From Mytilus californianus (lineage: Eukaryota), in NCBI RefSeq assembly GCF_021869535.1, contig NW_026262581.1, positions 141,484,001-141,548,000 on the forward strand: a DNA stretch of 64,000 nucleotides. Direction: 5' to 3'. Shown one piece after another: positions 61,301 to 64,000 of this stretch (the first letter of the stretch is position 1; every line of letters starts with the position of its first letter). The notes below the pieces were generated by a model. The model ran no database searches and was not told where the DNA came from. It saw only the letters and a list, made by a program, of their open reading frames with translations. The position numbers and the translations under genes are program-made.

Positions 61301-64000
61301 GTGTTGTCTGGTGTAGTTACTTGTATGTTTTGTTGTACATGTCAGAGGTATGTTGTCTCGTGTAGTTACTTGTATGTTTTGTTATACATGTCAGGGGTAT
61401 GTTGTCTGGTGTAGTTACTTGTATGTTTTGTTATACATGTCGGATTATGTTGTCTCGTGTAGTTACTTGTATGTTTTGTTGTTCATGTTAGAGGTATATG
61501 TTGTCTGGTGTAGTTACTTGTATGTTTGTTATACATGTCAGAGGTATATGTTGTCTGGTGTAGTTACTTGTATGTTTTGTTGTTCATGTAAGAGGTATAT
61601 GTTGTCTGGTGTAGTTACTTGTTTGTTTGTTATACATGTCAGAGGTATATGTTGTCTGGTGTAGTTACTTGTATGTTTTGTTGTTCATGTTAGAGGTATA
61701 TGTTGTCTGGTGTAGTTACTTGTATGTTTTGTTATACATGTCAGAGGTATGTTGTATGATGTAGTTACTTGTATGTTTTGTTATACATGTCAGAGGTATG
61801 TTGTCTGGTGTAGTTACTTGTATGTTTGTTATACATGTCAGAGGTATATGTTGTCTGGTGTAGTTACTTGTATATTTTGTTATACATGTCAGAGGTATTT
61901 GTTGTCTGGTGTAGTTACTTGCATGTTTTGTTATACATGTCAGAGGTATATGTTGTCTGGTGTAATTCCTTGTATGTGTTGTTATCCATGTCAGAGGTAT
62001 ATGTTGTCTGGTGTAGTTCCTTGTATGTTTTATTGTTCATGTTAGAGATATGTTGTCTGGTGTAGTTACTTGTATGTTTGTTATACATGTCAGAGGTATG
62101 TTGTCTGGTGTAGTTACTTGTATGTTTGTTATACATGTCAGAAGTATATGTTGTCTGGTGTAGTTACATGTCAGAGGTATGTTGTCTGGTGTAGTTACTT
62201 GTATGTTTTGTTATACATGTCAGAGGTATGTTGTCTGGTGTAGTTGCTTGTATGTTTTGTTATACATGTCAGAGGTATGTTGTCTGGTGTAGTTACTTGT
62301 ATGTTTTGTTGTTCATGTTAGAGGTATATGTTGTCTGGTGTAGTTACTTGTATGTTTGTTATACATGTCAGAGGTATATGTTGTCTGGTGTAGTTACTTG
62401 TATGTTTTGTTGTTCATGTTAGAGGTATATGTTGTCTGGTGTAGTTACTTGTATGTTTAGTTATACATGTCAGAGGTATTTGTTATCTGGTGTAGTTACT
62501 TGTATGTTTTGATATACATGTCAGAGGTATATGTTGTCTGGTGTAGTTACTCGTATGTTTTGTTATACATGTCAGAGGTATATGTTGTCTGGTGTAGTTA
62601 CTTGTATATTTTGTTATACATGTCAGAGGTATTTGTTGTCTGGTGTAGTTACTTGTATGTTTTGTTATACATGTCAGAGGTATATGTTGTCTGGTGTAGT
62701 TCCTTGTATGTGTTGTTATCCATGTCAGAGGTATATGTTGTCTGGTGTAGTTCCTTGTATGTTTTATTGTTCATGTTAGAGGTATGTTGTCTGGTGTAGT
62801 TACTTGTATGTTTGTTATACATGTCAGAGGTATGTTGTCTTGTGTAGTTACTTGTATGTTTTGATGTACATGTCAGAGGTATGTTTTCTGGTGTAGTTAC
62901 TTGTATGTTTTGTTATACATGTCAGGGGTATGTTGTCTAGTGTAGTTAATTGTATGTTTGTTATACATGTCAGAGGTAAGTTGTCTGGTGTAGTTACTTG
63001 TATTTTTTGTTGTACATGTCAGAGGTATATGTTGTCTGGTGTAGTTATTTGTATGTTTTGTTATACATGTCAGAGGTATGTTGTCTGGTGTAGTTACTTG
63101 TATGTTTGTTATACATGTCTGGTGTAGTTACTTGTATGTTTGTTATACATGTCAGAGGTATATGTTGTCTGGTGTAGTTACATGTCAGAGGTATGTTGTC
63201 TGGTGTAGTTACTTGTATGTTTTGTTATACATGTCAGAGGTATGTTGTCTGTTGTAGTTGCTTGTATGTTTTGTTATACATGTCAGAGGTATGTTGTCTG
63301 GTGTAGTTACTTGTATGTTTTGTTGTTCATGTTAGAGGTATATGTTGTCTGGTGTAGTTACTTGTATGTTTGTTATACATGTCAGAGGTATATGTTGTCT
63401 GGTGTAGTTACTTGTATGTTTTGTTGTTCATGTTAGAGGTATATGTTGTCTGGTGTAGTTACTTGTATGTTTAGTTATACATGTCAGAGGTATTTGTTGT
63501 CTGGTGTAGTTACTTGTATGTTTTGATATACATGTCAGAGGTATATGTTGTCTGGTGTAGTTACTCGTATGTTTTGTTATACATGTCAGAGGTATGTGTT
63601 ATCTGGTGTAGTTACTTGTATGTTTTGATATACATGTCAAAGGTATGTTGTCTGGTGTAGTTACTTGTATGTTTTGTTGTACATGTTAGAGGTATATGTT
63701 GTCTGGTGTAGTTACTTGTATGTTTTGTTATACATGTCAGAGGTATGTTGTCTGGTGTAGTTACTTGTATGTTTTGTTATACATGTCAGAGGTACATGTA
63801 TATGTTGTCTGGTGTAGTCACATGAAAATAGAAGCTTTTATCCGTAATTATACACAAGGTATGTTATCTGTTGTAATTGAATGAAATTAGAAGCTGTTAT
63901 CCATATTACCATACATGCATTAAATATGTGAAACAGTGTGATTGCTTATTTTGAGTGATTTTTTGAAAAAGGGAAGTTTGCTGTTTTTGGGTGATTCATT

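Larger units (their letters stand above)
56797..63818 (+). repeat. ~49-bp satellite (48-51 bp variants), ~4 copies at 56797-56986 and >100 copies at 58389-63818
   Basis: Unit ttgttatacatgtcagaggtatgttgtctggtgtagttacttgtatgtt; the first copy overlaps the exon end ttgttatacatgag|gtatgttgtctg. Confidence 0.97.

Noticed and set aside
2414-63818. CRISPR-like repeat arrays
   Set aside because: The arrays are head-to-tail monomers with no unique spacers, there are no cas genes, and the DNA is intron-containing eukaryotic sequence.
63812-63850. MKIEAFIRNYTQ followed by a gtatgt donor as ABCD3 exon 3
   Set aside because: There is no acceptor upstream and no resemblance to the expected next ABCD3 segment.
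56740-63884. Dozens of Cys/Tyr/Val-rich short ORFs
   Set aside because: These are translations of the 49-bp satellite in shifting frames.

Overview
AT-rich, intron-containing animal DNA. The dispersed repeats resemble those I recall from mussels (Mytilus-like bivalve; inference, no search run). About a third of the window (~23 kb) is tandem arrays of at least 12 unrelated 22-74 bp units, plus many transposon remnants. Two host genes are visible, both on the + strand. (1) A class A neuropeptide-type GPCR with two paralogous N-terminus/TM1/half-TM2 first exons (2-257 and 13134-13386). Both end at the same codon in phase 1, and only one set of downstream exons is visible (22994-23089, 32213-33408), suggesting alternative variable first exons on shared constant exons. 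(2) The first two coding exons (52176-52282, 56773-56809) of a probable peroxisomal ABC transporter of ABCD3/PMP70 type, missed by the ORF track. In both genes a minisatellite has grown out of an exon 3' end plus its splice donor, giving 13 and >100 decoy donors behind premature stops. Mobile elements: a MULE deletion derivative with a degenerate PHD finger, a Transib-like MITE (CACCGTG ends, 5-bp TSD), four CAG-ended elements with 5-bp TSDs (hAT5-like), a Kolobok-like MITE, two RT-bearing LINE remnants and an internally deleted RTE. Almost all long ORFs in the supplied track are satellite artefacts.
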